The notes: a model not told the origin generated them from the sequence alone. Positions 40,289 to 55,100 are shown, numbered from the stretch's first letter. The stretch is 64,000 bases of DNA from Gordius albopunctatus (GCA_964276515.1 OZ193909.1:19406001-19470000); one strand, 5' to 3'. Numbers and translations are program-made.

Positions 40289-41261
40289 CTATTATATAAC
40301 GATATAAAAATGAAACCATCTATGTATGTGCCGCCACCAATTTTGGAAAACTACCAAACCCATTTGGCTCAAAATTTCACAGTTTATTCCTCACACTCCG
40401 GAGCATGATTTATGATTTGTTCGAGCCAAATCGGTCGTAGTTTTTGAGTTTGTTTTATACGTTTTGACGTTTAATAGAATTTCAATCAAACACAACATCA
40501 TCGTGTTCTTTAAAAATTTGAATAAACAGTTCTTTAGTAAAAGTGTATCACTTCACTTATAGTATTTTCTAAAACGTTATCTTTTTTTAACGATGACTTT
40601 TGTTTAAATTTAAAACTAATGTAAAAGGCCAATGTGACATTTATCAATTTTGATGACACAATCTACAAATAATCGGAATTTCCTAAGCCTTTAATAAAGG
40701 TAAATTTTATTAAATCCCTATACTAATCGTACCTTAATCACAGATTTATCAATTTTGTTAAAATTTAAAACTAATGTAAAAGGCCAATGTGATGATCACT
40801 TTTATGATACAATCTACAAATAATCGGAATTATGGTCAAAATATTTTTAATGTATTTTGTAGTTCCAAAGATGAAGTCTTAATATTATTGCATGTTTAAT
40901 TGTTTCGTTCTACTTATAATTATTTTAGATTATGGCTACACCCTTGAAATTGTATTTATATTTTTTTGTTTAAAGAAATTTTAAGGTTAATACATATATT
41001 TTTAGCAGTTGAAAAGTTATACATATAAAAGTTTTACATTTAAAATTAATTTAATTATTCTTTTATATTTTAACAAATTTGATTTATTATTGCGTTACGT
41101 TGTATTCGTACGCGTTGCATTGTATACGGAAATGGAACAATAGAAGTAGAACATATAGACATAAAACTTTATTTTTACTTCAATAACCGCTGCCCTAAAA
41201 TTCCAACATAATTTAATACACCCGGGTAAATGGCAAAACAACGTTTGCCGGGTTCATCTAG
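40289..41261 (+). mobile_element. Non-autonomous Helitron
   Basis: 3' end ggcaaaacaacgtttgccgggttcatCTAG|T. Internal gttttatacgttttgacgttt...caaac..cacatca is shared with 19690-19740. Internal duplication at 40606-40680 / 40760-40830. The 5' boundary is approximate. Confidence 0.75.
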
Positions 41262-41939
41262 TAATATCAATGAATATTGACCAAAAAATTCCATACGCAT
41301 GGATTATTTAGAGGTGACTTTAATCGTTTTTGAAACACATTAATTGTGCTAATGAATAAAGGTTAGGTTCTCTAATTCTTAATGGTTTGGCTATATTAGA
41401 AGCATATATAGAAAATTTCTATTAGTTTACCCTGGGGGGCCGGGCTATGCCATGGGCGTCGCCTGCATTGGGATTAGACGGGGGGCAATAATAATTTAGG
41501 GAAGGGCAAAATGATTTTTTTGAAATTTTAGCCATAATTTTAATACATTTTACCATATTTTTGAATTTAAAGAGGGCAGCCGCCCCTCCCTGCCCCCGCC
41601 CTTAGCTACGCCCCGAAGGCTGAGCATTAATTTTATTTAAGTGAGAAGTGGTAAATGGCGGCTAAAATATTTTTCCTGGACCTGTTTGTCGTTCCCACCC
41701 CTCATACTTAGACAGAAAAGCCTACTAAAAAATAAAATATTTAGATCAACTTTTGAATAGACAGATTTCAGAAGAAACTCTTCTACCTAAATTTTACCAG
41801 GCAAATGCATAAGGTGTTACTCTTATCATGAGTGTTGCATATCCAACATAAAAAAAAGTTGTAAAAAGCCATATCTATATTAAATGAATGTCAAATTAAA
41901 AATATTTGACTGGCTAGTGGCAACCTTAGTCTGAGGAAC

Positions 41940-42620
41940 GTTAACGTAAAGACCTTGGTAAGGTGGGATCAAGAATTTGTCTGATTTGTCCTGGTTATAA
42001 AAACTTGATTTTGTTGCTTGTTGCTAAGTGATGGGGAGGTGTGAAAAAGTTTTAAAAGATGTGCATAGAAATGGTTGTTGACCTTTAGTGACCATATAAC
42101 CACTACTCGCGCCGCAGGCCATTTTTTCCTAGATGGCAGAGGGAATGGTAGATAGCGTGGACGAACAAAAGTTCTTCCTCATGCTATTCCACCTGGTGTA
42201 GGATGATATTTAGGTGCTAGGCTAGGATAAATGTGCATCTCTACATTTGAAGCGGATATATAAGACGTTACATCTAAGTTCGGGCTTGTGCCATCGGCTT
42301 CGATTAATATGCTGTGAGGAATGCCTTTAATTGGTGGAAGGCTCAAGTGAGAAGCCATAAACGGCGTTGATTCCGAGTTACCGAAGTAGGTAGACTTGAG
42401 TGTCTTAATTGTCACGCATACTGCAGAGCGCGGGAGGCTGACAGGATTTCATTGCTTTGTATACGTTTAGCCTCGTATGGTTCGATTCTGCTTGTGAACT
42501 GCATTTGTCACTCAGAGCGTTGTTGAGCATAAATGAGGGGCTTCTAGTGGGACTATTTTGTTGAAAGTTAATTTGCTGAAACAGGGAAATCATACGCCCA
42601 GGTAAGCTATGTTTACGCAA
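41940..42620 (-). mobile_element. Decayed Gypsy pol remnant (RNase H end, integrase zinc finger, GPY-like motif)
   Basis: RM...FQQINF..NALS (RNase H ADALS-like), YHSLCHLGKN and KFLIPPYQGLY, found across frameshifts and stops. Confidence 0.55.
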
Positions 42621-44397
42621 ATGTAAACATAAAATTCAATGAAATACATAAACTATCTTCTCGATTTTAAAACAATATATGTCTATTGAAAACTTTGAGA
42701 ACATAACATCGTCATTTCACCTGTATCCAGGTCTTATGTATCGATTAAAATTAGGATTTAATTCAAGGTTCGAATATTAGTTAAGATTTTACATAGAATC
42801 CTAGTATAATTTGCGTATGATGTGTAATGACTTGCACGATTGACTTTGCGATCTTAAAGCACTAAAATTATTTGTTTTAATAAAAGGTAGTTGGATATGA
42901 AAAGTTAGATGTTTGAAAGTAAATTTAATTGCTTTGCTATGCTAATTTTGATTTGATTTTGTTCACGTATAGTCTTTAAGCTGGCCCAGACTAATATTAC
43001 AATAGACTGCAAACCGGTGATATATTAAGCAAGAGTGAGGCTGCCATGTTAGAATCCCTGATAACGATCAATTTAAAAACATTTATATTAATCTAATATT
43101 ATATAATAGAGCCTGTAAGAAAAAATTATGTTAGGTAAAGAAAATTTGAAATCTTATAATATAAAGTTACAATTATGTAGAAAATCTACACTATTTATGA
43201 GATTATTATGTATGTCATCGCTAAAAGTATATTTTTTAAGGCTATAAAAGTAAAAAAACCACTAAGAATGGCGCCAGTTACTAAATAAGTACAAAAATCC
43301 GCTGTTAACAGTCTATAGTATTACCTATTAGTCTTCGAAATACCTATATAATTTGATATATTCATTTTATTTTTCAATATGCTGACACACAAAATCTATT
43401 TAATTAATTAGCTAACTTTAAATCAACATCTTTAGAAACCATACAAATATCAGCTAACATAACCTTAAAGCATAGATTTGTCGTTTAAACCCTCTGTTAT
43501 CCATACATTGATATACATTACATACAATAAAATTTAATTTTAATTTTAAAAGTATATAAATAATTAGGTGTTAACATTTAAATATATGTCTAATTCACCT
43601 ATTGTTTTTATACATTTATCTTTATTTAAATATTTCTTTGTTTTCGCTCATTTGTGCTACTTTAACCCCTATTCGAAAATTAGACGTTTATATTTATCAA
43701 GAAAATTCTGCGTTATATAAATATCATCAATGAAAGGAGATTAATTATTTTAAAAGAGATAATGGAGCTACATGTAGGAGTGCCGTAAACTTAAAAGATT
43801 CTTAGCGCCATCTATAGGCAGTTTTAATTTAGCATGTGACTCAAAATGATAAATGACATATGTTTTCACTATTATTAGAGCTAATCAGTTTGACATAGTT
43901 AATTTTCTAGCCCCATTTTAAGCAAGATAGCGGAAAACCCTCATAATTATGGCAGATAATTATTATTTTAATATGTTTTTTTTGAAGGTTAATTTTTATT
44001 TTAAAAGAGATAATGATAACTATAGCATACTAATAAACGCAGATAAGAGCGAAAACGTTATATGTCTGTTATCATTTTAGAGTCACGTGTTAAAAAATGT
44101 AGGAGGGGGGGGGGCTACTGCCAAACTAGTCTCTAATTAAAATTAAGTTAATTGCGGCACTCCTATATGCGGTTTTAATTATCTCCTTCAAAGTATTAAC
44201 AAACCGCAATTAATTAAATAATTTCAAATGAGACATTTATTATTGTTGTTTTGTTTTTCTATTATCATAGAGGGGGCTCAGATATTGTATCGGTATTATA
44301 ATAAACTATTCCAAACGTTTCAAATATAATGTGTATTTAAAATCATGCAAATGTCACAACCCTTTGGCTTCGCACATGTTTTATTATTAGCGATAAG

Positions 44398-45270
44398 TAG
44401 AGCCCTGCACGGGTCGCCCGAAGCCCGGCCCTCGGGCAGAATTTAATCAAACAATCGGGCTCGGGTCGGGCCTGATGAGGCTGCCCAAGCCCTGCCCATT
44501 ATGAGTAAAGCAAATTAGTTTTTTTATAAAATATGATTTAAACAAACTCAACTCGATATTAATTAATTATCTCGTACACCATACATAATATAGCTTCCAA
44601 GCTTCAGCTTTTTTCCCTTGTTAATAATATTTTGACCTCAATTGAAAATCTTATTCTAGTATTTAAATATATTTATGGTAGCTATTACTTTATAAATAAA
44701 ATAAGGAAATATTTTTAAAAGTTTTTTATTTGGAACTGTTAGAATTTTTTTCATAAAGTAAGATTTCCAGTTTTAAATTATTAGCTGAATAAATTGTAGC
44801 GAGTGAAAATGAAAATTATAATTCAAACTCATCCTAGTTATTAATTACAAGTAATAACAATTTAATGTATTATATATTTATATGGTAAATTTTCCAATAG
44901 CTGTTTGTCACACTAAGGTGGTCAGCTTCTTTAGATATTTGGATAAGGGGTGATGCTCGGCTATCCAGGCCTGACAGCCGTGGTGACGATGTGATTTTTA
45001 ATCTTTTTTGAAATAAGTGCCAGAGGCGGGATTGAACCTGCGAGCTCTTGTTTCAAATACTAAACCTCTACCCACTACGCCACCACGCCCCTTATATATT
45101 TATATGGTAAATAATTTTCAAAAATTTTAGAATAAATTTTTGAAAATTATTTTTTGAAAAATCGGGCTCGGGTTTGGGTCGGGCTAAATATAAAAAAGTC
45201 GTTGGGCAAAATAAAAACAGAGACGTCGGGCCGGGCTCGGGCAGAAAAAATTTCATTTTGCAGGGCTCTA
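44398..45270. mobile_element. hAT-type MITE (TAGAGCCCTGCA family) with a nested SINE
   Basis: TIRs tagagccctgca / tgcagggctcta. Perfect 8-bp TSD gcgataag at 44390-44397 and 45271-45278. Subterminal cggg(c/t) repeats. Confidence 0.92.
44891..45091 (-). mobile_element. Full-length tRNA-derived SINE
   Basis: Head ggggcgtggtggcgtagtgg (A box) ... ggttcaatcc (B box). 21-bp TSD ttatatatttatatggtaaat at 44870-44890 and 45092-45112. Confidence 0.9.
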
Positions 45271-46102
45271 GCGATAAGTATAAAAGCTTTCGAAAACTAT
45301 CCTATCCAATATGGCCACCAGAATTTGTCGTAGATTAAAAAAGGGGTTGCGAAGTCTTTTGATTTCAATAGTGGTCATTTATAATTTCATTTTAAACCAT
45401 ATATTAGATTAATTGATTCTCAGTTGCTTTAATTATAAAATTATCGAACAAGAAATGTTTGTGATTTATTGAAAGGTCAATGATTTGCTAAACACCCCTC
45501 TTCTCATTTTAGTATTTAAAGCTACGTATTTGAGCACCATATATGTGATATATAATTCACGGGGATAGTCAAGGCTAAGACCCTACTCTTAAAACACGAG
45601 TTCAATATGAATGCATATAAACTAGTTCCTAACGTTCAAACTATAAACATTTGCATACACCATAAGATCATGCTTAAATGCCTCATAAGGATTTATTGCT
45701 TAACCTAAAAAAACATTAGATGATATTAACATATTTTCAAATAAAAATGTTTTATTGTCGGCACCAATTGTCTAGTTAGTATAAACATATTGTTCATTAT
45801 TTTACTAATATGTTACGAATAATACAATTATCCATAATAACAACAATTGTTCAATTTTTAAGCGAGTGAAACAACTTGAGTTACAAAGGCAAAGCAAAGT
45901 CAGATTATGAAAAAATAAATAGGTTATTAAGGCAAGCTTACAATAAATTAAAATATAAATTTAAATTAATACCTCGCGTGTATAAATTTATAATAGAAGC
46001 TAATAATATTTCATGATGGAATTTTATGCCAAGTACGAGATTTATAAATGGCTAGGCGAAGACAAGGATATATTACTGTGGATTAAGTTTGATTAGGAGT
46101 GA

Positions 46103-49100
46103 TCACATATCGCCAAATATGCCAGCAAACGTCTTTCTCAAGTTTCCCATAGTATCTCCAACGATATCTTTACTATCCATCCTTTCTACCATACCCATAC
46201 CAGAGCCAGTCCGAGGCGGTTGAGGAGGTCGAGATTCAGGTTCATTATATTGCTCTCGATTAGTAGTATTAGGATGGGTTTGATAACCGTGTGTAGCCGT
46301 CCTCGGATCTACAGAACTTGCGGAACGAGAGTCGTAATGATCTCTTGATTCTTGTGGTGTATGGGTCCTCATTTGTGTTCCTCCGCCACTTTGTCTTCCC
46401 ACTTGCAATTGGCTCTGGGCTCTCATTGGACTCTGACCTGGATATCGAAATGCCGCCTGATTTGAGCCGAAAGGAAGTTGCGCAGGTGGGCCTTGTGTCC
46501 CACCACTAAACACAGATGGGGTCAAAATAGGGGCCGGTCCTTGTTGTTGGCCCGGATAACGCTGTGGAGCTTGAGACTGAGGAGCGTTAGAAGAAGGGCC
46601 ATTTTGTGGAGTTAAACTAGTGGAAGAGTGAGCTCGACTACTAGCGCCTACTTTAGGATGAGGTGGTACCGGAGGTGGTTGTCTACCCGCAGCCTGGGGT
46701 GACAATTCTTCAATCGGGTTATATGAAGCAGGAATGGTTTTTTTAATGGTTGTTCCCGCTTTAAACGAGGCTCCGGATTTAATTGAAGACGCGGGCGTCA
46801 TGTTATCAGACGATGAATCTGATAAATCACCTACGGGTATAATGGCAGATTTCGCTATTTCTTTACTCGTATAAGTCATATCCCCATCTGAATCGACTCT
46901 CGATGGTAAGTCTTGAGTACTGGATTGCTTGAGAGTTTGTTGATGAGACAACGAATACCTAGGATCTCTGATCTTGCTAGAACCACTAGATCCTTTGCAT
47001 TTATCGCCAGCACCCACTTCAGAACACAGAGAATCCCTATAAACGTATTTATATTAATTGACTGGTCATTTCATTTAAAAAAATGTATGCAGTTTTGAGC
47101 TCCATAGAAAGGAAACTAATCCATTCACCGAATCAATGGACACTGCTACTATTACAGCAAACAAGGAGCCTTAAACTTTTTTCCACATTTGCTTTGTCAT
47201 TTTTGTCTCTCCAACTTTTACTCAACTACCTTCGTTTATTTTACAATATATAAAGCTGTAACAAATAAATATTCTCGATACCGTAAAACATAACCAATTT
47301 CTTAATCTCGCTTTTAGAAACATTTCCATGTTGTGTGCTTTTTTGCTAATTTTGATATGTATAAATAAATTTACCGATTAGTACCTCAGAGGCTCATTGG
47401 TTGAATATAAGATACTAAACTAAAAAGACTGCATAAAATTTGAGAGGACTCTTATTATTTATCAAATATCTTAAATATGATGGATAAACATACCAACATT
47501 GTCGATATGCAAGGCGACGTGCAAAGCATTGTTAAAATTAATTTAAAATACTTAAATCTAAAATTTGCCTCTAATTTAAGAAGCTCGTTATAGTTATAAA
47601 TTAAAAAAATAACGCCCCTCGAAAATAAAACGTAGAAAAATGAATGAGTTATGTTTGTTGAAGACTCTGTCCAAATTTGTGGTTCTAAATAAGTGTTCTT
47701 TTTCAGCAATGCTTAAGATTAATAGCTTTTGCTCACTTTCACTTATCAAGAATATCGTTTTATATTTAATTTTCTTATAATTTCCTCGTCTTTAGGGTAT
47801 TTTCGCTTTTCTCATATTAACAACCTTTGACACCCATTAGTTAAAAAAAACCTAAGTATGACCTTTTCCCCTAAAAAATAATTAGTAATAAATAATTCAT
47901 TTGGTTAACATCGATAATTACTGTATGCTCTCCCCTACAAAGGCCTATACCTCTACTTAAATGGTTCCCCGTGCCGCTACAAAGGCTGGCTCTACTAATG
48001 TGAGTTCGAATCCCGGAGAAGGCAATTTTTTTTAATTAAATCGAAAATTTGTATTAATAATTAACTAATTATTTTACATTTAATACCCCCCCCCACCCGC
48101 CTATAGGCATTCTCACCCCTTCCCACCTTTCTCGCCCATAAATTGCATAGCAAATATGATACAGTTTTATCAATAATTTTCAAAATTATTCAATCCATAA
48201 TTCTATATCAAGGTTTTTTTGAAATGGCTGTTATTAGCTATTGACGAAAGATTTATCATTTTTTATTTATATTATTTTAAACTCGTTTCCTGTTAATTTG
48301 TGGGATAAATTTTATAAAATGAAAGTTTTTTAAAAAGAAAAATGTACAAAAACATTAAAGACATTTATAATATAATTAGTTAAAATTATGTAAAACATTC
48401 GTATTTTTTAGGATATAATCATGTTGGAACAAGAGGGGGCAATAGTTATAGGGTCAAAATATCATTTTTTGAGAATTTTAGCTATATTTTTAAAAAATTG
48501 AAACAAATATTTTGATTTAGAGTAGAGCTGTGCAAAGTCACTTTTTTTAACCAGAACCCGACCCGAAAGCTTTTAATTTTCTCAACCCGAACCGACCCGA
48601 CACGATAGTAAAGAAAAGTTATTGGTGTAAAAATGATTTTGATTGTTTTATATTGCAACGAAATGTTATCTCACAGAAAAAACAAGATATTTCACAATAT
48701 TTTAAAAATTGTTTGCCAGAAGTTAAAGCATTATAAAAAAAGAAAACTAATTTAGAAAAGTTTTTAGCATATTTCACTTAAATTATCCCTCTTAACAAAC
48801 TATTTCTCTTGTCTTGAGTGGGCACCACACCATAAAAAATGAGTCTGTATTATCAAGCAATTTTTTAAGGCTAAATTATATTTTCTTTAAAAAACTCTAA
48901 TTTTTTAATTCGTGTATTAAAAATAATGTTTCTTATACATTTAAATCATTCATTTAATCAATATTATGAATTAATCATACATTTCGATATTAATTATAAA
49001 AAATATTATATATAATGGCATCAATTTAAAAGATATGTCTATTATGCAATGTAAGATTCATAATCTTCAACCCGACCCGGATCCGACACCAAATCATTTT

Positions 49101-52100
49101 AAAATTTTCAACCCGAACCCAACCGGAAGGTATTTTAAAATTTTCAACCCGAACGCGACCCGATGGGTAACCCGTGCATGGCTCTAATTTAGAGAGGGGC
49201 AACCACCCTTCCCTGCCCCCCCCCCCCAGCTAGGCCAGAATGTCATCGCTAAAAGTAACATTCGCGCTATCTCAAATATATGTTTTTTTAGTAATAAAAT
49301 GTCTCATGGCGCCATTAGTTGCTTAATAAATTTAAGTAGAAAAATCAGCTGCTAGATGGACTCACCTTTTTGTTTGGTCAAATAACTCTTCCATTTTCTC
49401 TATAGTCAAGTCTGCTATGTGTTGTCTATTCTCTTCCTGGGATTCTCCCAAAAGGTTCATGGCTGAATCATTTACCTAGGTATAATTTAAATAAATAAAT
49501 GCAATAAATAAATGCAATAAATAAATAAATTAATTAATTAATGCAATAAATAAATAAATAAATACTTGAAATATGATTTCTCTACCATCTTTAGATTTCA
49601 ACGCCTCTACTGCCACTATGTCCAAACCTCCGTAAAGTTTCGCACATTCATCAACCCATAATTTATACCTCAAAATAAATATTAAAATAAAAAAAATTAA
49701 TTGTAAAAAATATAGCAACATATTCAAATGATAGCATAGAAATGTGAAAAATATCACTTTTCGTTAACTGGTATTTCTTCAAGCATAGATGAACCCATGT
49801 TAGCTTTCCAGTTCCCCGTTATTGATTTACGCCTATTATTTATTTCATTTGTAAAAATTCCATAAATATTATAAAATAATTTTAAAAATTTTTAAATTTA
49901 AATATTTATAAATATTCTGTGTTTTATTGTATTAATTGTGAAACATGAAAGCTTTGTAATGAGTTCCAATCTTTTGTATGTGAATATCGTATTTGCTGTC
50001 AACAAAGGATTCGATAACAGAATAGCAATTGGTTACAGCTATAATGCTAGTTATGTCTTGAAAATCGTAATGGTTCTCTATTTTTATCTAACATCCAAAA
50101 AAAATATTAAAATATTAAAATATTAAATTTTAAAAATAAATTAAAATAAAATAAATTTAGGGTTTTTAAAAGCCACTTGAAATTATTAAATTTCTTGATC
50201 AAATAGATAGTAACAATACTAAGAGATCTCTGTATTTTAAAAAATTTTATAACTTTAATTGTATTTTTACTAAAAAGATGCTGCGTGTTAATTATGATTT
50301 CTGATCTTTTTTGACCTTAAAAATAATATAGAAGACGTTTTTTTAAACTTTACAGTATTTTTTAAAAGTTAATAATTATATTTAATAATTAAATTAAAAT
50401 ATTTTTTTTTATAATTTAATAGTTTTTTAAATAGAGATCTCTTAACCATTGATGGGAAATTGTCCAAAGTAAATATTACTTTTGTATGCAAGTAGTAAGC
50501 AATTAAATAAAATGATTTTCACATTGAAAGAAGAAGAACCAGGAAAAAGCATTTTTCAAAGAGAGGTCAAACCATTTAAATTATATTATCTTATTTTATA
50601 AAATACTTGCATACCAGCCCGTTCAAGATACATCGCCTTATAAGAAAAAGTAGAAAAAATGAAATTTTAATAGAATATCTTATTAAATTCATACTTTCCT
50701 AATATTTTAAATATATATTATTTTTACTTGGATTAAAAATTAGATTTTTTAATTTTTTATTAATTTTAAAAAATGATTTATTATTGTAAATTTACTTTTC
50801 CATTTCCTGAATGAGAATGCCCAATTTTTACGACGATCGGGAATTTTGGAGTTATCATCTATATAAGTTTATGTAATATTTTATAAAATTAAAATTACAT
50901 TTTGAATTTTATTAATTTCTATGCAATGTTAAATTACTTGTTTGTAAAAGTTTTTTTTATTAATTAAGAAAGATTTAAATGAAGGTATTCATGTTTGAAT
51001 AATAATCGATAAATAGATATTATTTTCTCTAATGTTTTGTTTTTGTATTAAGTTTAATATTGGAGAAATATGTTTAATAAAACAATATTTGAAATTACCT
51101 CTCATACTAATGTCAAAATATTTCTTAGAATTAAAGATTGAATAATTTTAAATCATATGATTAAGCCAATTTATATACTAATAAATTTACAAAATTTCAG
51201 AGAAACGTTAAAATTTCAACAATTTTGTAATTTAAAATAATTCACAAATTTAGTATTGAAAATTTTTAACAAAAATAAATTTTAAAATTAATTAATTGTG
51301 ATCGCTCTTGTTTGAATAATATTATCCCCATATCCACTTATACTTATAACATTAGCCAATAATCACTTTATAGAATAAAAAGCTATCACAAAAACTATAT
51401 TATTTAGATTGAGGCCGAAACCCAACTAAATAGGTGGCCTTATTAGCCACTAATTTAGAGCATAAAGGCTTAAACTAATATTATATATTAGCGGGGAAAA
51501 AATTATAATTTGCATTAATTCTTCAAATAAGAAGCTTTCGTATTTTCATACGCGCTTTTGCTGGGGTATTTAACGAAATATTTTTAGCGTCGACGGGTCT
51601 TGTTTTCTAGGGGAATCTCATTGGAAGTTACTTTCGGTTCTCGTTATACCAATTTTTACAATTTTTTTTGCGATTGCTTAGCTTTAAAACAACCTTGAAT
51701 CATAGGGGCCTCTGAGATTTGTTAATTTTATTTTTTCAAAACGTCTACCATTAGAAGGAGGGTCAAAATGATAATTTTTAGAAATTTTAGCCACCATAGT
51801 TTTAATAAATTTGATCACATTTTTGGATTATAAAACATTTTTATTGTGCCAAGGGGGGCAGGGCGAGGGGGTGGGAAAGTAGGAGTTAGGTGGCATAAAA
51901 AAAAATAAACAATTTTTACTACTCCCAGAGCATAATAGGTAATGAAAAGAGTCAAATGCCACATTAAGAAAGATTTATGCGCCGCGTGTTCACTCTCGAC
52001 AAAGACTTTGTTTCATAGACCAAGCAGCAGCCTTAAATAACTATGTATGATGGATGACAGACAGCCAGGAATTACTAAAATAAATAAAAATATATGCTTT

Positions 52101-55100
52101 GTGCTAAACATGTCCGTCCCGTCCAAAAAAACAGAGCCCCCCCGGGGGTGAAAAGCGTTTAACTACTCGAAAGGAGGATATCAGGTAGGATGTCATCTCA
52201 CAGAAAAGTCAACATTATGCGAATTATCATGACACCATACATACATACCATACACATTAGCATCGTTAGTTAAATAAAGATTGATAAGTGTAGTAATAGT
52301 AAAATATTGTTGGGCCACGAAACCGACTTCTCCTTACACATACTTTGTAGTATCATGGCATTTTAATAGACTACTAGCCCCTCCCCTAGTTCGTAAAAAA
52401 TATTTTTCTCTTTGTGCTGACTGGCATTGGGACCCTTAAAGGGGTAATTATGTCACCCCCTCGTACCCCAAGTCCGACCTCAAAACTCAGCATGCGCTAT
52501 CCTTTAGTACCCAACCCGGGCACACTTCTACATTTCCAATACTATACTTACTCTATTAATTTTATAATTTGGCGATGATAGGAGGATAGTGGTCGCCATT
52601 TAATAAATCATCATCATCATTATTGTTATCATTATTTTTGTTATTTATTTCAACACTCCCTCCCACCTTCTCGCACCCAAGGAAAATACTCTAGCACACA
52701 TTAGGGGGCAGCTCTCAACCAACTTCTGTTAGAAATTCATCAGATCCTTCCTTACTTACCCTTACCACCTCCTCCCTTCCCATCATTTCTCACTCTCTGA
52801 GCTGAGTAATTATTCGGTAATTTAGGAGGAGCAATGGATTGGATGTCGATTGTGGTGAGATTGATGACGATTTTGATGAGTTTACCCGACTCGACCCATT
52901 TACATTTTGTACCGAATCGTACGGAATCAGCTGATCAACCGACCGCCTCCGACGCCAAAATTCGTAAATTAACCGCGACGCGAAATTTAACAAATATCAC
53001 GAATCATAATCAACATAAACATTATCATTCCTCGTGCACCTCAAACAAACATCCCCAACACCACGCATGCGCCGATGATTTCGGTATGAATTTTATTTCG
53101 AAAAATATTTTATTAAATTTTAAATTAAACCTAAAATGTATTTTATTGCTCCCCCTAACTTCCTAAAATATTTAAAATATAACGGTAGGGGAATAAAAGG
53201 GGCAATCACCCCCCCCCCGTTTTGGGCTGTCCAAAAGTCAAAAACCACTTTTGGCCCGAGAAGTTTAAACCGGGAGCTTTTTGAAATTTTGTGCCATCGG
53301 GCCATGGGTGTAGCCGGGGGGGGGGCATTACGAAAAATAAAAAAATTATGTTTTGCCCCCCTCTAAAATTCTAATGCTGGCTAAACCCATGTCTAGGAAC
53401 TTTATCTAACAAACACTTTTTATAAAACTTCAAGTTTTCTAATAATTTTTTCTGATAAAAGCATGGGCGTAGGCAGGGGGGGGTGGCCGCCCCCCCCCCT
53501 GAATGAGAATTTTTCTTTTTTTTAATGTAAATTTATGTAAAAATTGGAAAAAATTAGTGTTTCGCCCCCCCCCCTGATTGAAATTAAGTTTTATGTTGAA
53601 AATTTTATTTCACGACCTTTTGACGCAAATTTAAATTATATAAGAATTAAATATTGAGATTAGTAGTTGTGTTTGTGTTAGTTCCTTCATAGATCGTTTA
53701 CATTCCTCTGTACACTGTACTGTTGATTAATAATGAGTTTTTATGTGGGTTAAGGCCAAAGAATAGCAAAATATTTTAATTACTAACGTTAAATACTTTT
53801 GTTCTCACTTAGTCTCGGCGATTTTTTTTGCTCGCCCCCCCCCGATCCGAAAGCTGGCTACGCCCATGGATAAAAGTTTAAGTTTTTTCTTTTTAACATC
53901 ACTTAGTAATATAAATTTTATTTATTGTTGTTTAATAAAGCATCCCCTAAAACATAAACTTTCAAAAATAAATTAACGCAACATTTCTTAAAATTATGAA
54001 GTTGAGTTTATTAATAAAACCATATTTGATGATGAAAAGCAAGGCAAATATTATCTTTTTAATCTTTTTAAACGTCAAAAAGTAACGGTTCTTACACACC
54101 AGACATGATGATTATCATTTTTTTTATTTGATGTGAAACTTCAAAATAATGAACAATTATTACATAAAAACAACTGTTTTATGTTTTTTTCGATGCAAAT
54201 TATAAAATATTTTTTTTTTAAATCTGAATTTTTTTTATAAATAAACTTACAAAATTTTATAAGGCAGACTTATAGTCTCTATCTAAGGAGGTGTAGAGCT
54301 AGAGTTCAATGCAGAAATATGATATGGTAGATTTTAATGGCACGCGTTTAAATTTTTTGAATTCTTACGAAGTAGGGTCAAAACAACAAAAACTACAATT
54401 TGCAACAAATTGACAACGGGTTTTCTTCTATTATAGGTTTCAAATTACCCATTCATTTATTTATTTGTGTCACCAAAGAGATGACAAAATATAATAAAGT
54501 TGCTTGCCCTCAAATTAGTACGAACTTGTCATAACATCAAAAAATGTGTATTAGCGCATCTGTTAAGAAATTGAACCCGGTTTCTTAAAAGCATTTACAC
54601 ACCTTTGCCCCCCCCCTTTAATCGGATTACTACATTAAAATCATGTTTAGAAGGGGGGTTAAGGGGGTAATATGTCCCCCCCCCCCCGATGTCACATTAA
54701 AATGACAATAGTGACCTGTCGAGTCGATTCAGGCACTCGAAAAATGATGACATTAAACTATAATTAAATCATTAGGCAAGACATAACATTTAATTACACT
54801 TATAATATGGTACTGCAGAGTTTAGTTTTTGTTTTATATTTTATTTTTTTTTTATTAATTGCTATATATACTTATGATTAAATATTTTAGTGTTTTAAAC
54901 GAAAAAAATGTTATAAAACGCGGAAGAAATTAAACACGAAAAAAATGAAATGCGATATAGAATTATTTCTGATATAATTGTAACATGATATCCATTTCCT
55001 AGGTGAATGCGAGATCGATAGGCTTAGCAGAAGGGGGGGGGCCGCTGCCCCCTCTTTCCTATATTTAAATTTAAAAAAAATATATTTATGAAAATTTGTT

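Noticed and set aside
42179..42620. Host-gene exons in ORFs 42179-42415 and 42405-42620
   Set aside because: Frameshifted and embedded among Gypsy RNase H/integrase motifs.
45015..45091. tRNA gene
   Set aside because: A/B boxes are present, but it continues into a shared SINE body with a LINE-like tail and a 21-bp TSD; no clean cloverleaf.
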